This document shows, one piece after another, positions 48,940-62,450 of a DNA stretch of 64,000 nucleotides. Position numbers and translations under genes: made by a program. Source of the DNA: Acanthaster planci. Taxonomy: Eukaryota. The stretch spans positions 1,996,540 through 2,060,539 of the forward strand of contig NW_019091359.1 of assembly GCF_001949145.1 (NCBI RefSeq). Direction: 5' to 3'. Every line of letters starts with the position of its first letter. Within the stretch, counting starts at the first letter, position 1. The notes below the pieces were generated by a model. It searched no databases, was not told where the DNA came from, and was given only the letters and a program-made list of their open reading frames with translations.

Positions 48940-49700
48940 AGTGTACCCCCTTTGGAATGATGGAGTTATGATCAGAGGAAATCGTCTCAAGCGTTGCCGT
49001 TCCACCATCGTGGTTAGTAGGGTCATCATCATCATTTTTACTCTGTGATTTCCTTGTGGAAGGCTCACTAGATGTTGTCCTCTGTTGTGGTGTGGAAGAC
49101 CAAGTGCAGTAAATCAGGCACATGATGATGGTGGTGTTGGTCTGCCGATTTGTTGGGGAAAATGACATAAATCAAGGTAGATAAAAGTTTGTGATACTAA
49201 AAAAATCATGAGGACCCAAGTATTGAAGTAAGTATTTGGTGAGATTGCCCCCCAAAAAGATCTATGTCTAGTCTACTCAAGTGCCTAGCTACTCTGAGTT
49301 TTTCAAAGAATGGGCACATTTCAGAGACAGAGCAGAAGAGATGTGCACCGACAGTAAGATCATTGACTTAAAAAGATGCGTTTTTATGAAGCCAGCGTCT
49401 TCCCTACCCTTCCCCCCACCGAAGTGTAGAACCCAATCAATAACATGATGAACGTATGCAATCTGGCTAGCAAGTGGCTGTTGGACAGAACTCACGTGCC
49501 AAAAGAGTGTGTGTGCACTCTGATGTTAACAACCTTCTAATTATTTGGGAGGAAATGGCTGAATTGATTCCCGTTGGCCGGAATGGATCTTGTGCAAAAT
49601 TAATCGTCAAATAACATACAATGGTGCGTATTGAAAGGGATTTGTGCACAAGGGTTTTTGTAGGGTTGGTGTGAATCAGACACAAGGAGTATCAGAGAAC
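48940..49700 (-). mobile_element. CR1/L2 endonuclease remnant
   Basis: In order on minus: FRPTGINSAISSQII, YVHHVIDWVLH..DAGFI...SALSLK, TISSDHNSII (APE 'SDH' motif). Confidence 0.4.
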
Positions 49701-50619
49701 GATCTTGCTGGTACTCTGATCATTGGTGCACAGAGCACTGCCGTAATATTCTTGACCAGGCTGTTTATTTTCAATCCAGGAAAGCCCTTCAGACATCTCA
49801 TTGATTAAGTTTTCATTCATAGATTTACATATCAAGTTTCCTTTACCCCATATTTTTCATATCCTTTAGGTACACAAATGCATTGTGGTTTATTTGTGAT
49901 GAAAACAACCAGGAAGCATAGTATTGAAAGACAATACAGTAGTGCTAAAACCTCCACAAGGGTGTCAATTATCTTGAACTCATAAACTTATTAATTATTC
50001 ATCATTTTGCTGACGAAACAGGAGCCCTCCTCAGAATAGTAATAAATTGCAGCACTTATGTGCTGAACTCTTCCTGTGGCTGGAAAAAAGACCTTGCATG
50101 ATAAAATGTGCAACCGTTTATTTTGTGACTTCAGAGAAATGCACACTTCTTATTGACAAGGAGTCTTTAACACAAGAGATTTTGAGAGCTACATTGCGGC
50201 TGAATTGAAAACTCTCCAACATTGACTTTGAAACCATTCAACCCACTTCCTGGTTGTGTGAATTTCTTAGCCCGCTCAGCAACCCACTGTAAGTGTTGTT
50301 TTCAATTCGGGGCTTGGGTCCAGAACTTTTTGTGGTTTCTGTGCATTTGGAAAGGTCAGGGCTATGCGTGACAATTTAATTGAACCTGCAGAATGACAGT
50401 GATTGACTTAGTCTTATCGAGTGTAGAACCAAAATGGATTTGTAAAGTCCGCCTTCTATGTTACTTGGGCATTGTAAAGAGGGTTATGATAAAAATAATG
50501 GCTGACAAAGGAACATGTGCAGGCCATTTGAATATAACAGAATGAATATTAAATATTATCAGATCAGCAAAGAAAAAAATCAGAAACCAAAGCACATGAG
50601 TATTTTTATGTCCCCCTAC

Positions 50620-50850
50620 CTTTTTCAGCATTTTTTTTTCTCAGTGTCGACAGAGTGATGCCAATATGTGCACCAACAGCTTTTAAAAAGGGCTTGATTG
50701 GAGTTGCAGCTTTTGAAATACCAAGTTGCACTTTTTTGGCACAACATTGGACACAAACCCAGCGTCTTTCATCCATGAACTCTGTTTGTGCCCGAGAATG
50801 CAAAAACCACATTGCATTATCAGAAGTAGTTGTATCTCACGAGATGTTAA
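50620..50850 (-). mobile_element. L2-like C-terminal fragment
   Basis: VQCCAKKVQLGISKAATPIKPFLKAVG...LRK resembles 'LQN.AAR+I......I.P+L+.L.W'. Confidence 0.35.
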
Positions 50851-51849
50851 GGATGAAAAAAAAAACAAAGACAAAACACTAAATATAATTTTGGTTGCAT
50901 CTCTCAGGGAGGAGAATTAGAATTAAATGTTAGTATTCACTATTGACAGTTGTTACTTCTTGTCACTTCAACAATCAATTAATGTCATAGCACATTTCGT
51001 AACATTTGATAGCACCAAAGATGGTTATATCATCATCATTAAACTAACCAGCGTCATAAGCAAATTTGAAGGTTTGCTGTGTTAATGGCAAACTCATCTT
51101 GTGAGATCTTAAAGAGAAATCATCAACCCAGGAAATTTTTTTTTTCCAGATTCATTTTGCAGGCCAGTCATTGCAAAAAATTACATTTTTTCAGTCCTTT
51201 ATCCTCCCAAATGACAAAGACGTTTATTTGCAGGGTGTACTGTGTCAGTGTCAAGGCACATTGAACTGCTCAAATAGTTCATTGATAATGTGAGAAAATT
51301 TTTTCCAGATGAAGCATTATTCAGCTCTTTTTTTGTGCTGTCTCATACTTTTCACTCTCAGCAGATTTCTTCTCTCCCAACCCCTCCCCCGACACCATAA
51401 GGAAAAAAGAAACGGTAATTTTTCATATTCATATTAGTGGCATGCCAAACTACTACACAAAACAAATTTAATCCCTGGAATTGCCAGTTAAAGTTGCAAA
51501 AATGTATTCCATTTCATCCGGGATCGTGGTATTTCAACTAATAGACAGAACTCGCCCATTTTTTATAATGATGTGTTAAATGTGTTAATGTCCTCGATTA
51601 TTGATATTTCTCAAACCTGGGTGCTTTGTGTGTTGCAGCATTTTGTCTGCCAATTTCACATTGACCGATTTCAGGCAGGCACTCTGGTGCGCCAATCCAA
51701 ATTTAAGAACTGGTTACAGTACCAGATCTTTTTCTTCTGAATGCATTCTGTGGTTGGTGGTAGTGGTTTAGACCTGTACCCCTGCCCAGAGAAGTACAGT
51801 TACCCTGTTGCTTCCCAAGGCAACCTGTTAAATTGCCCCAAGCCAGCCC

Positions 51850-52230
51850 AATTGAAAAATTCCAAGGTGCTTATAAAAATCTGAGGGTTAGGCAAGTAAC
51901 AGGGATCTCCTTGTATACAGATGTAACCATTGAAAAGGACTGGGGCCAGGGAGTGTTTCAAATCGGCATTATTGGGCAAGCTGAAGCATTTTTTATCCGG
52001 GAGAGCACCACAGGGGCTGTGTAAATTGTCTGAAGATTGTAACTGTTGTTATTGGTGTGCTTGTTGGACACCAGTGAAGATTTCATTATGAAGCTGGGAG
52101 GAATCTGAGCTATTATTTGCTGGATTTGGCAGATCCCACCTGGTGATGGAGTGTGCCTGCTGATTTTATTGGATGGTACCCTGGGTAGTCTTAATGAATT
52201 GAACAAATATGAGTAAGGGCTGGGTTGGTC
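51850..52230 (-). mobile_element. CR1/L2 endonuclease remnant
   Basis: LRLPRVPS..AGTLHH (RLPR.FS.I..G.+YHPP), SLVSNKHTN, LSRIKNAS and NTPWPQSFSMVTSVYKE (PTRG.+.LD+++TN+..Y). Confidence 0.45.
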
Positions 52231-53019
52231 TTTTTGCAGAGTTCTCTTCGGTTTTCCCCCTCATCGAATTTTGATTTTCTGCACGAGTATTCAGTATCTG
52301 TAAATATCTTGCAGCAGTTGGCAGCTTACTTAAGTCAGGAGTGTTGTGAAGAACAGGTTTTTTTTTTTAATGATAGCTTTTTTTTGTGTGATAGCTTTTG
52401 GTTGAATGTAATAATAGATTTTGGACACCAGTTCAGATTGTTGTCGCATATTTGTGTTCCGGTTACCTGTCTTTACATGTATCTGCAGTGTGGGTGCCCT
52501 TTCCATGACTTTAGTGGTCATGTTGTTATTCATGCTGCATGAATTTTAAGGCAGTGGAAGCATGCACAAACTTCATTCATGAACCTTGAACCTCTTAAAG
52601 TACCCTCCAGTTCTCTGAAAAATTAGAAGAATAAAAAGTGACAACTCAAGTCTCTGTTTATGTATGTGACACTGTCGATCTTTGGCTACCTGTCCTTTGG
52701 AACCCTGGACCCAGAAAGAATTGTACTTGTCCACAACCCAAAAGGACTCTGGTCAGTCCATGAATGATCATGTATTTGAACATTCCCACCTCAAAGAAAA
52801 CGAACCATTTTACTTTCCACTGTAGATCCCCTACTCTGTAGCCATATGTCCAGAGGGTTAACTAAATTAGTGTTATTTTTTCAAACCCCGGCTATCAATT
52901 TTAGGGGGGTGTATGATGCCATTTTGTGCTGCAGCTCAATCAAATGATCAACAGCCACCATCTTCAAAATGTCAGCCCCTATCCCCATCTACACTGACAG
53001 GTCAGAGTGTTGCTAGACC

Positions 53020-53295
53020 CATTCCATCCTTTCCATTCTCCTGGAGAGGTATAGAGCAAAGACCCCGCCTTGGGGCATCCTGCAGGAACCAGGCCCCCCC
53101 CCAATACTTTTTGGCTTTTCCACTTAGCCTGTCGCCAGTCATTATAGGTCTTTTCATCAATGGGATGGTGATCCTAAAAGCCCCACTGTATCAGTGTCTG
53201 GACTGATTGGGAACGATGGAGGATAGGCCTCCAGAGATTCCGTGGGGTCAAGTAGCCAGCGTAGCTGAGGAGAGAGAAAAATTGGTCATGTGGCC
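53020..53295 (-). mobile_element. L1/Tx1-clade RT C-terminal remnant
   Basis: LLSYAG (LS.AGR motif) followed by SGKAKKY....PRRGLCSIP (W.GK..K......+GGL.+P). Confidence 0.35.
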
Positions 53296-54729
53296 ACGAC
53301 TCAGACGCTAAAAATAGCTGGTAATGACATTGTTTACCTGAGCGCTATCGATTACAGGTCTGGGACTGTAACACTTAGCATGGCCTTTCCATGGATTTGG
53401 TGCAAAGGCTGAACTAAAATTTGTTGCCACAGGACCTGTTTTTCTGATTCCCATTTTTGGTCCTGGCCTTGCCAGGGGTAAGGGATATGAAACAACCAGC
53501 ACAGTGCCATTGAAAGTTTAGTGGCTGCACAAAAGGGCCCATTTCCCCCATTCATGATGGGAGCTATATGAAAAGCCTGACTCGGGCTGTACTTTCTCAG
53601 CTGTGCTCTTTCTTAATAGTCATACCCTGTCCTATAGTTGTACCTGTTGCCGTTTACTGTTAAGGAAAAAACTACAACCATGCTTGAGTACCAGTCCGGG
53701 ATCACCTGTACTTTGCTGCTTGTTTTGATTCTTTGTTACAGTGAAATTTTGACACTTTATGGAAAAACACGTAGCTCATTTTTTACAAAGATATTTGTAT
53801 AAACTTCTCCACAATCACAATGAAAGAAATACCAGGTTTGCATGGTTATTCCGGAAATGAACTTCCAGTCAACATTTCCCCCCCCCTCAAAAGAAAGTCC
53901 GGGTAATACCTGTATGTGTGCTCTTAAGACTGGTTTTCCAAAGTAATATCAGATATCCGTACTCAACTGAGATGGCTCCTTAACGTTGTCCTTACTTTCC
54001 TTAAAGGGTGTATGTTCACTGAATTGAAACCTAACAGCATGTGGAAAAGACATTGGATGCTGCTTTGACTTTAAAAAGAGGATAGATTCAACAGAAAGCG
54101 AGTCTGATTGGCATCATCAATGCAGTCTTTTTTTTTTTTTTGGTGGAGTCCACTTATTGGACAGAACCACCTGTTGCCTGGATAGACAAGAGGTGTCCAC
54201 AGCCCCCAGACGTGAAATAGCGAGAAAAGGAGTGGGAATACTTTAACGATGTGTTACCCTGATTTATAAAGGACGTTTGGTGATGATTTAGTGTTGGCTG
54301 GGGGCTGTAAAATTGCCAAATTTGGGGGATGGAAAGTTGGCAGGTATTCAGGGCTTCCTAATTTATTGATGGCTGACTCATAATTTCAACATTGGGACAC
54401 AAAGCACCACATTGCTAGTACTCCAATAGTGTAGCCAGAAGAGTCTTTTCTCAACATGAGGTATGTGCTTGTCTGAGTCAACCCAACAGACCTCATCAGT
54501 GTGCCAAAGACACAATAACCTTTATAGCATCTTACAATATAGTGTCTGGATACGCTACAAGCAGGGGGGGTGTGAGAATTCAGCTTTTGTCAGATTCTCA
54601 CTCTGAATTTCAGCTTTTTTGTACACCTTCTCTGTACAAGACCATAGGACGTTTTTAAATTTCAGCTTTTTGCTGGCTGTTTTCCCGCTTTTTTGGGGGG
54701 GGGTCCATGTACATGTATGTACGTACCCC

Positions 54730-55290
54730 CTACTAGAAACAGCTCCAAGATTGACAGATTCACTGATAGTTTGCCATTTCTGGGTTGTATGGTACCTGTG
54801 GGTTGTTCAAACAGTGGTTTAGTGTCTCGGATGCCAAGGGTCCTTGGATGGTCTGCACCTGACCTCCATCAGGAGCTTTTGATTCGAGTAATTGCACCCT
54901 CCACTCTGGAGAACAAACCCAGTCACATTCCTAGTTTGCCAGGGAACCAGTACAACTGATCACACACCACCTCCGCGTGCCTAATCACAATCGAGAAGAA
55001 TTCACCTCCCCCACTGGTGAAGATGCATCTGGGCAGAAATTACTCAGAGCATGTCACTCAGAGAGTTGCTGATCACGCTTGGTTTGGGGAGAGTAAAAAA
55101 CAAGAAGACATTCAAGGGAAAAAGAAAATGGAAGTAGGGCAGAGGAGTCCTCTACTAAGTCAATAATGATTAGCTCAGTAAATTGTACAGTTGTGCTTCT
55201 GTCGTCACGATGCATCGTTACCACAGATCTGCTTTCCAAAAGGATGATCAAGTCTCTGTGATCAAAATTTTTGATTGTCACGTATCAAAA
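54730..55290 (-). mobile_element. CR1 endonuclease remnant
   Basis: Colinear DLIILLES (D+I.+TE), HRDDR (R.DR), LLVFYSP (FYRPP), VGEVN (GDFN), LFEQPTG (V..PTR) and SILELFL (ILDL.L). Confidence 0.5.
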
Positions 55291-56789
55291 AATTCGAATG
55301 ATGAGTAAAACGGGCTAGGTTTTGTCTTAAATTTTTTTTTTTTGTCTACCGAGCCAAATGAAATCGGGCTTTATGACAAAAATTGAAGGGAAATATATGG
55401 AACAGACTGTTGACAGTATTTCAGATTTCAAACTGATCTCAAATTGCATGACTTATTTTTGTGCTTGCCAGCATGTATATTGCACGTCAGTCGCAAACTC
55501 CACTGTCTGAATGCATTACTTGCATTTCAGTCTCCTGAGGCGGGACCCATCCTCTCTCTAAGGAGAAGGACTCCATTTCATTCATGCACATACAAGAAGA
55601 AATACACCAAGAACCCTCATTGACCCACTGAAACACTAGCCGAGGGAGCCCTGACTAAAAGCCATTCAAATGACCACAACACAGCTGGCCATTAGAGCCG
55701 GCTCCTCACTATCCCAGCGCCGTGGTTTGCAGAGGCATGCATGTATTCACCTGTCTTCCTGTCACGGCGCCAGCCTGTCTGCCTTCCCGATACTCTCTCA
55801 TCCTTTTTTTCCCCCCCCCCTTCACCCCCCAAAAATCTGTCTACGGAATGAGGTGAAATTTGTAATTTTAAGCGTGCAGGTTGACCTGGTAAGTGCAACT
55901 GAACACTCTGCACCGCGTCACTGTCGCGATGTAGTCTTAAGCGCCCTGCAAGGTCTCATACATATTGGATGATTCTAAGCTATACGGCCGTCAAATCTCT
56001 GCAACTCTCAGATTTTAGTTCTTCCTCTTATTTGTAAGCTTTGAGGAATTTTCTTTTCCAGTAGGTGAAGTTTGATTCCTATCTTGCATCAAGGATAAAG
56101 TCTTACGTCCATTTTTCAAAAAGTCTTCAGTGGAAATCCTGATCTCTACACATAAAAACCAGTTACCCTCACTCAGCATTTGCAAGGTTCATTCCTAGGC
56201 TTGCAGTACACCAAGTGTTTGTAAATGCTCATTTCATTTTAATTAAAACTTTTTATTAGCATCTGTAGAGAAGCAAACAGTTACTTGATTCTCTTCCTGA
56301 TATGTATTACATGTTAAGAGTGCATGGTAAATTTAAATTTAATATGAGAGGGTGTTGCACATTTTACCTTAGCGCTTCAACACAAGTGTCGGGATATTAA
56401 TGAACAGTGTTACTAGTATAGAAACTAATCATTGCAATATCTGCCCAAGCCAAAGCTATTTACTGACTTAGATAGTTAATTAATGTGATATTGGCTCTCA
56501 AGCCTTGACAGTGATATCCGGGATAGCTTTAAGAACGCTTGATAGAGCTTGCTGTGTGCTTCTTTTATTGGTTGTCATGACAGTCAGCCAGCACTTCAGA
56601 TAGAGGTAGTTGCTTTTGATTGTAAAGTATGTGTTTATCTCCTGTCTCCCCAAATCAAAGTTGACTTGTTTTTTTGACGTGGCCAACTTCCGTATCTAAT
56701 CACCAGGTACTGTGGCAGCTCAACATTTTTGGCTTTTTTATGAAATCTTTCTTCAGAATTTGTACATAAAAGGTCAGACTAGAGGTCAC

Positions 56790-57170
56790 GTTATTGCAGC
56801 ATGGTCATAAAACCATGCCATTCTATTTATTCTTAGAAATTGCACGGCATAACAGTGTAAAGGCCTACTTGACCTGTTAGAAGAAGGGTCAGGAACTCCA
56901 ATCTAACTGCTTCCTCCACAAGTCATCCAAAGTATCCCTGGTCATCAGCAAGGAAGCCACTGGTCCTGAAAGCCTCATATTTTACCTCCCCTGCATGAGG
57001 TCCTGCCAAGGTGATGGTATGGGGAAGGAAGTGAAGGAGAAGGCAAGACTATGGTTCTGACAAAGGACCAGTGGATTGGCGATGACGACAGATGGAGGCT
57101 AGCGGGGGAGAGCCTGATAAAAGAGGCCGGCCATATTAACACATTAGGCAAAAAGAGCTGGAGGGTTTAT
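56790..57170 (+). mobile_element. RTE-BovB-like LINE 3' fragment (sense strand)
   Basis: LEIARHNSVK (LRISW.D.V.N), KY.GH, VWGRK*RRRQ (V.GKR.RGRQ) and QWIGDDDRWRLAGESLIKEAGH....KKSWR (W.D.+..W.G.SL.EA.....DR.SWR). Confidence 0.55.
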
Positions 57171-59969
57171 GGGCCAGCTCAAGTTTACCAAAGGACATTT
57201 TTTTTCCTCTGCTGTTGTGATACCGAGCTCTGTTCCTGAATCTCCTTGCTGGGCTTTGGAGTTGAACTTAGATGTTTTTTTGGGGGGGGATGTATTACGG
57301 AGATCACTTCAACACCTTTATGCTTCAATTCTGTGTCATCCTTATTGCCTTTTCACTGTGTTTATGGCTAAATGAAGCAATTGAACCATTTTTCCAAATT
57401 TCAGTCACAGATCTCTGTCACAAGCTAATCACAAGCTGTAAGTTGAGTCACAAGCTGTTCATTTGAATTGCAACAACACAGTCCTTAGCTATTGTTGATC
57501 CCTGCATATTTTCAATTTGGCTTGTGCTGGACTCGTGATGGATGGTACGAGGACTCCGATAATTCCCAGTAGCAAAGCAAGCATGGAATTCCATGTCTCT
57601 GATGGCACAGTTCTTTTCAAATATTCTAAATGTGCATCAAATACATGGAAACTAAACGGATGTGAAAAGTAAAGTAATAGCATTGGAACACTTTAATTTA
57701 TCATAACTGCATCAAACACAAGTTGTGGCTCATCATCCTGGTCTTAGTAAGTATTCTCTTGGGTCGTATCCATGCAAAACAATACCAGTCTGTTGCTTGT
57801 TCCATCTGCATTTCCCTTCAGTAGGTCTGATGACTAATTCATCTGCTGTCATCTGTTGCAAAGATGCACATTATCAGCTTGTAACCAAAGCCAGGTAATC
57901 GGCTAGTGCCTTTCAATTTCAGCTAATGGTTTATATTGTTGCACGACATTGGTGGTGTCCATTGTACTTTTTTGAATGGAATATTCGATATATATATTGA
58001 GAGAGAGAGAGAGTGACGTTCCATCAGCAGCGTTATTAATTAGTGTCATTTATCAGCTTTGGCGTCACTTATACTTTTTGCAAGCTTCTGTAAGCCCATC
58101 TGCCATCTGTACCCTCCTTTGTCTTGAGAATTTCCTTTTTTCTTTTTTTTTAAGGTTTTTCCTACTCTTTGTTGTCGGCTTTTGAGCATGGAGCTGTCTG
58201 TAACCCTATCGTAGTATGTGTTTTGGGATGCTGGTTTTGTACACTTTGTGAAACTAGAAGACAGAACCCATTGTGTTGCATGCGAGTGGTTCGGGGTTGA
58301 TCAGCCTTCGGATAGTTCATAGCTCAATGGGCAGATTCCTCTGAGAGGTTTTGGATCGTTTGGACTGCGTTACCCGTCGCGCATGAAGACATAACAGATG
58401 CTTGAAGTTGAACCACTCCATAACCAACTGTCATGCCACAACTTGGTTTGTAGTAGGGACGATATGTAACATTACAACACGTAAGATGTTTCGTAAGGTG
58501 CTTAATGTTACTCCTTTTGCACGTGAGTTCACATTTATGTCACATGCATTTGTCTGACACAGGCTTTTTTTGGCTACAAGTCTAAATTCCTTTTCCATGT
58601 CTTAATCAGGACACTTCCATTTCTGGAGGTGGATCCAGTATGCAAAAAGGGGGAAACGGCGAACATTTCCTAAAAAAGGGAAGCTAGTATGGAGATGAAG
58701 CCAGAACACACACACAAGCAAGGTTTTTTTTCATAAGTAGGTGTAAAGTTTTCTCTGTAAAAAATGAAATAACCATATGAGAAAAGAAATACAGACCAGA
58801 GAAAGTGTATGCCCATTAAAAGGGAGGGGGGCTTGCCCCATCTTGATCTGCGACCGATTTCCACTTGATGGAATCCACACAATGTTCTGTGCCCCCTCTT
58901 GTAGAATTTTTATTATGGTTTCAGCAGAACCTGGTCTTTGACCACATGTCCGGGTGGATAACTTTGTCAAATAGACTGACACCTTCCAGCGCCCAAGGTC
59001 AATGTGGGAAGTGTTTGGGCTTCCAGCAAGCCCTGGGGTTCCAGAGAAGAGAAGAAAAGCCCTTATTGACATTTTTACCTTGTGACAAAGATGGAGCGGG
59101 AGAGATCAAAGAGGAGTTAGTAAGGAATGCTGCCTCACTACAAGAAAATCAACACTGCAGTTTGTTTTTTTCTCATACTCTGAAAGGAGCATTGGAAGGG
59201 AAGAGTTTGTTTTGGACCAAACTAGAAGAGGAAAATCCACAAAGCCGTGCTGTTATTGTTAACGTTACTTTCAGCAGCCTTTTGTTGGTTGGCCTGATAG
59301 GCTCCGAACAAAAGAGAGCCATTCTTTTCCTGAGGTTCACAAGTTGAAGCCTGTGAATCATACTTTAAAAAATGCCGGGTTTATTGAAGACATTGGAACA
59401 GTTGGAGAGTGCTCGGGGCGAAGAAAGTTTGAACTGTGTGGAATAAAGGCTATGGAATTATATCATAAAATTGTGGAATGTGCTAATGGTTGTGGTAATT
59501 TGAGACAGTTTCTTCGGGAATTGTACTTTCCTGTGTGTGACCACACATTTTGCAAAGGTCTATTAACAATTGACATCGGCAGAAAAATTGCCAGTCAAGC
59601 ATTTAAGTTGACAGGTTTTGTTAAACTTTTATTGAAGCATTGGTTATTCCTTTTGTCAGATAATGTATTTGAATTGCATAGTTGGAGATCACGCCATTAT
59701 TCTGAATTCATCTGATATTTGTTAGGCCTCAAATCTGAATGGCATTTTTGTTCATACAATATTTCAATGAAATTTGACTCTTACTCTACCCAGTGGACAT
59801 TACTTGTACAAGTATGTGTGTGTGTATGTACTTCACCTGACTCAGAGTGTATTTCCCTTTTCTGATCGATTGGTTGCTCACTTTAATAAGTATGTGTGAC
59901 CTCACAGCATTTTTTCAATTCTAATAAAATTAACCAAAATAGCTGTCACTGACAAATGACCGTGGGTTG

Positions 59970-60640
59970 AAGCTGCCTCAGTCAGTGCCCAGACAGTCGT
60001 ATTGAACCGTATTGACTATGATTGGGTCGGTTTAATAAAGACGGTAAAATTAATTAGCCTTTTGGCCCCCCAGAGAAAGGATTGGAGATGCCATGGAGAC
60101 CGTAAAAAACTTTGTCGCACCCATTGGATGTTACCGTGATTTTGTTAAAAATTCCTTTCAGAAATTTTTTAAAATCATGTGTTAATGGCTTTTATGTATT
60201 GTTCATGACTTCTGTCTCAAAATAGAAGAACTGTGGTATGTTTGTTTTTGTTGTACGTTCTGTTGCTGTTTCCTAAAAAGAATTAAAGCAACATTTCTGG
60301 ATTTGAGCAACCTCTGAGTGGTGATGGGCAGTAATATACGTTAAGTTTTTTCTGAAAGAATGGCATGTTCTCTTCGAAACTTAGACCTTTTCATTCTGTT
60401 TGGAACAAAATGAACCTTGGTGCTTGCTGTAGTGATATAAATGTACTTTGTTGTCAAAAAATTACAGGAAAAAAAATTGGCTTGTATTGGAGGTTTAGCA
60501 GTGGGTTTTAAGCTGAAGTGTAATATGAGATATTGTTGGCCGTGTATGTTTACAGTCCAACTTCCAGCCCACAGACAGTTTCTGGCCTCATCAAGATGAT
60601 GGACTGAAGTATTTTCCCCCATGCCTTTTGTCAAGTGATG
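59970..60640 (-). mobile_element. CR1/L2 RT C-terminal fragment
   Basis: HHLDEARNCLWAGSWTVNIHGQQYLILHFSLK....TTKYIYIT then FYRLIKP..QYGS..VWG, matching 'DL....WA..W.+.FN..K..+LHF ... KYLG+T ... Y...IRP.+EYG..VW'. Confidence 0.55.
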
Positions 60641-62129
60641 CGTAACTATCAAGGGGAGGTTGAGGGGAGAGTGAGCTGTGGTAATCAGGGCATATTGACA
60701 ATATCGCACGTCAGTAACGTACTTGTATGTGTCCAGTCCACGCTTTGATAACCAATTGAGACGCGTCTGTCTCTTTGCCTGCAGTAAACACTGCGCCATG
60801 GTGACTACCGAAGGGCAGTCCAGATCGTTTGCTCTTGTCAGGGCCATGGTATATTATCCTTGTTATTACACCAGGCCGACACAATCGGTTCTTGTGTGCT
60901 GTTGATGCATCACTTGTTTTAAAAAAAAAATTGATGGACGGAGATGCCAGACTGGCGCTGGCTTGCAATGACGCGCGTGTCGTAAATTGTAGCCTGAGCG
61001 ATTACACTGTTAATTTGCCAGTCGTGATGTGTGTTGGCTGCTGTGCCACCTTGTCTCCAAGACGGTGGTCGGTGGGGATAGGGCTCCGTGGCTGCAGTGG
61101 TTGTAAGAGGGTTTTCGGCAGACTGGGGAATGCACACATCTCGGTAATGCCTTGTTATATTTGCTCGACGAAATTGCAAGGAATGGGCAATTGATATGCA
61201 TTGCCACAGATGGCCCAAAACAATCAAACATTCGTTTATATGGCAGACTGCAATCAGTCAGTTGGCCGCCTTGGTTATTAAAGGTGTGCCGCATGGAATA
61301 CTGATTTGATATTGGGTCAGTCTCTATAGTTAGTGGTGAGAACAAGCACGCTGGCAACGAAGTTGTGGTGACTACACGTGCACTGAACGATACTTATCAC
61401 GGGGCGAAATTCGTTATGGGGACAAATGTTTTCACAGTCCAGTCCCAAATTTCCTAACACAAGAAACTGTCCCCTCAACACTGATCTAGCCAGGGCACCA
61501 TGATCACTCAGACCTTCTTGTCAGTTTGGTTATTTGCCTTGGACCACACAATGCAGTTTTTTTATTTTATTCATGCATCTCAAATCAAAGTCTGCATTGG
61601 AAATGATCCACTTTTCATCAGAATCTTTAAAAAAAAAAAGCCTGTCGAGATTCTGACTTAATAAAGAAAATTTAGAAATAGAAGATGAAAATACAGGGTC
61701 TGGAAGAAAAAGTGAGTAATTTTGATATTCTCCCGATGGAGAAAGTCACAACCACTCAGACCTGTTCTCTCGGAGAGGCCGTAAACATGGGCATATGTAT
61801 GCATGGATGTGTGCATACATGTATGCACCAGCTTCCTCACAGAATGGAACAGGAGTCTTTTTCTCTCGGTTCATATTACAACCCTAGGGCAAGCCAATCA
61901 ATAGCAAGATTTTCCTGTATGAATGGTAATAACTTCCCGACCACTGCACCCAGTGTTGGAACGACAGAATCAAAAGAAGATGGAGCGCATGTGGGGGGGG
62001 AGAGTAGGGTGAAAAGGGAAAAAAAATGAAACTGATTATATATTGGAAACGGTGCGAGGATTTATTCACGCCGGAGTCAAGTGGTACGAGTGGGTGCCGT
62101 CAGAGTTCGGGTCAGTGAAGGGTGTGCGT

Positions 62130-62450
62130 TGAGCTGCAACTTGATCTGTGTGTGCTTGCTGCTGTGGACTACTTCTGCCAATGATGCTGCAGATGCAGTT
62201 GCTTTCACAATTCCTCTTCTGCTGTTTGATCACTTCCTGTCATCTTGGCAGTGAAAACTTAAGTTTGGGAATAACATTATTGAACAGCTGCAAAAACTTC
62301 TTACCAATTTGATGTGAAATTGCAGTTCTGAAGAGCAGACGGCCGTCTTGCCACTTCACATTGTTACAGTTTCTGCAGGATTTGTGACAGGCTAGATATT
62401 TTTCTTTATCCACAACTGTTGCAATCTGGTGATTTCCAGTGGTCATTGAT
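62130..62450 (-). mobile_element. L2-like RT C-terminal fragment
   Basis: NHQIATVVDKEKYLA....NVKWQD....IGKK....PKLKFSLP resembles 'I..V..EKYLG+.+D.NL.W..HI..+.KK.....+++..LP'. Confidence 0.45.

Noticed and set aside
58315..58370. tRNA/SINE A-box-like TAGCTCAATGGGCAGA
   Set aside because: No B-box or cloverleaf follows.
60935..60956. miR-184-like start TGGACGGAGA (and miR-281-like TGTCATGGAG near 3874)
   Set aside because: Only 10 nt match, the 3' halves differ, and there is no precursor hairpin.
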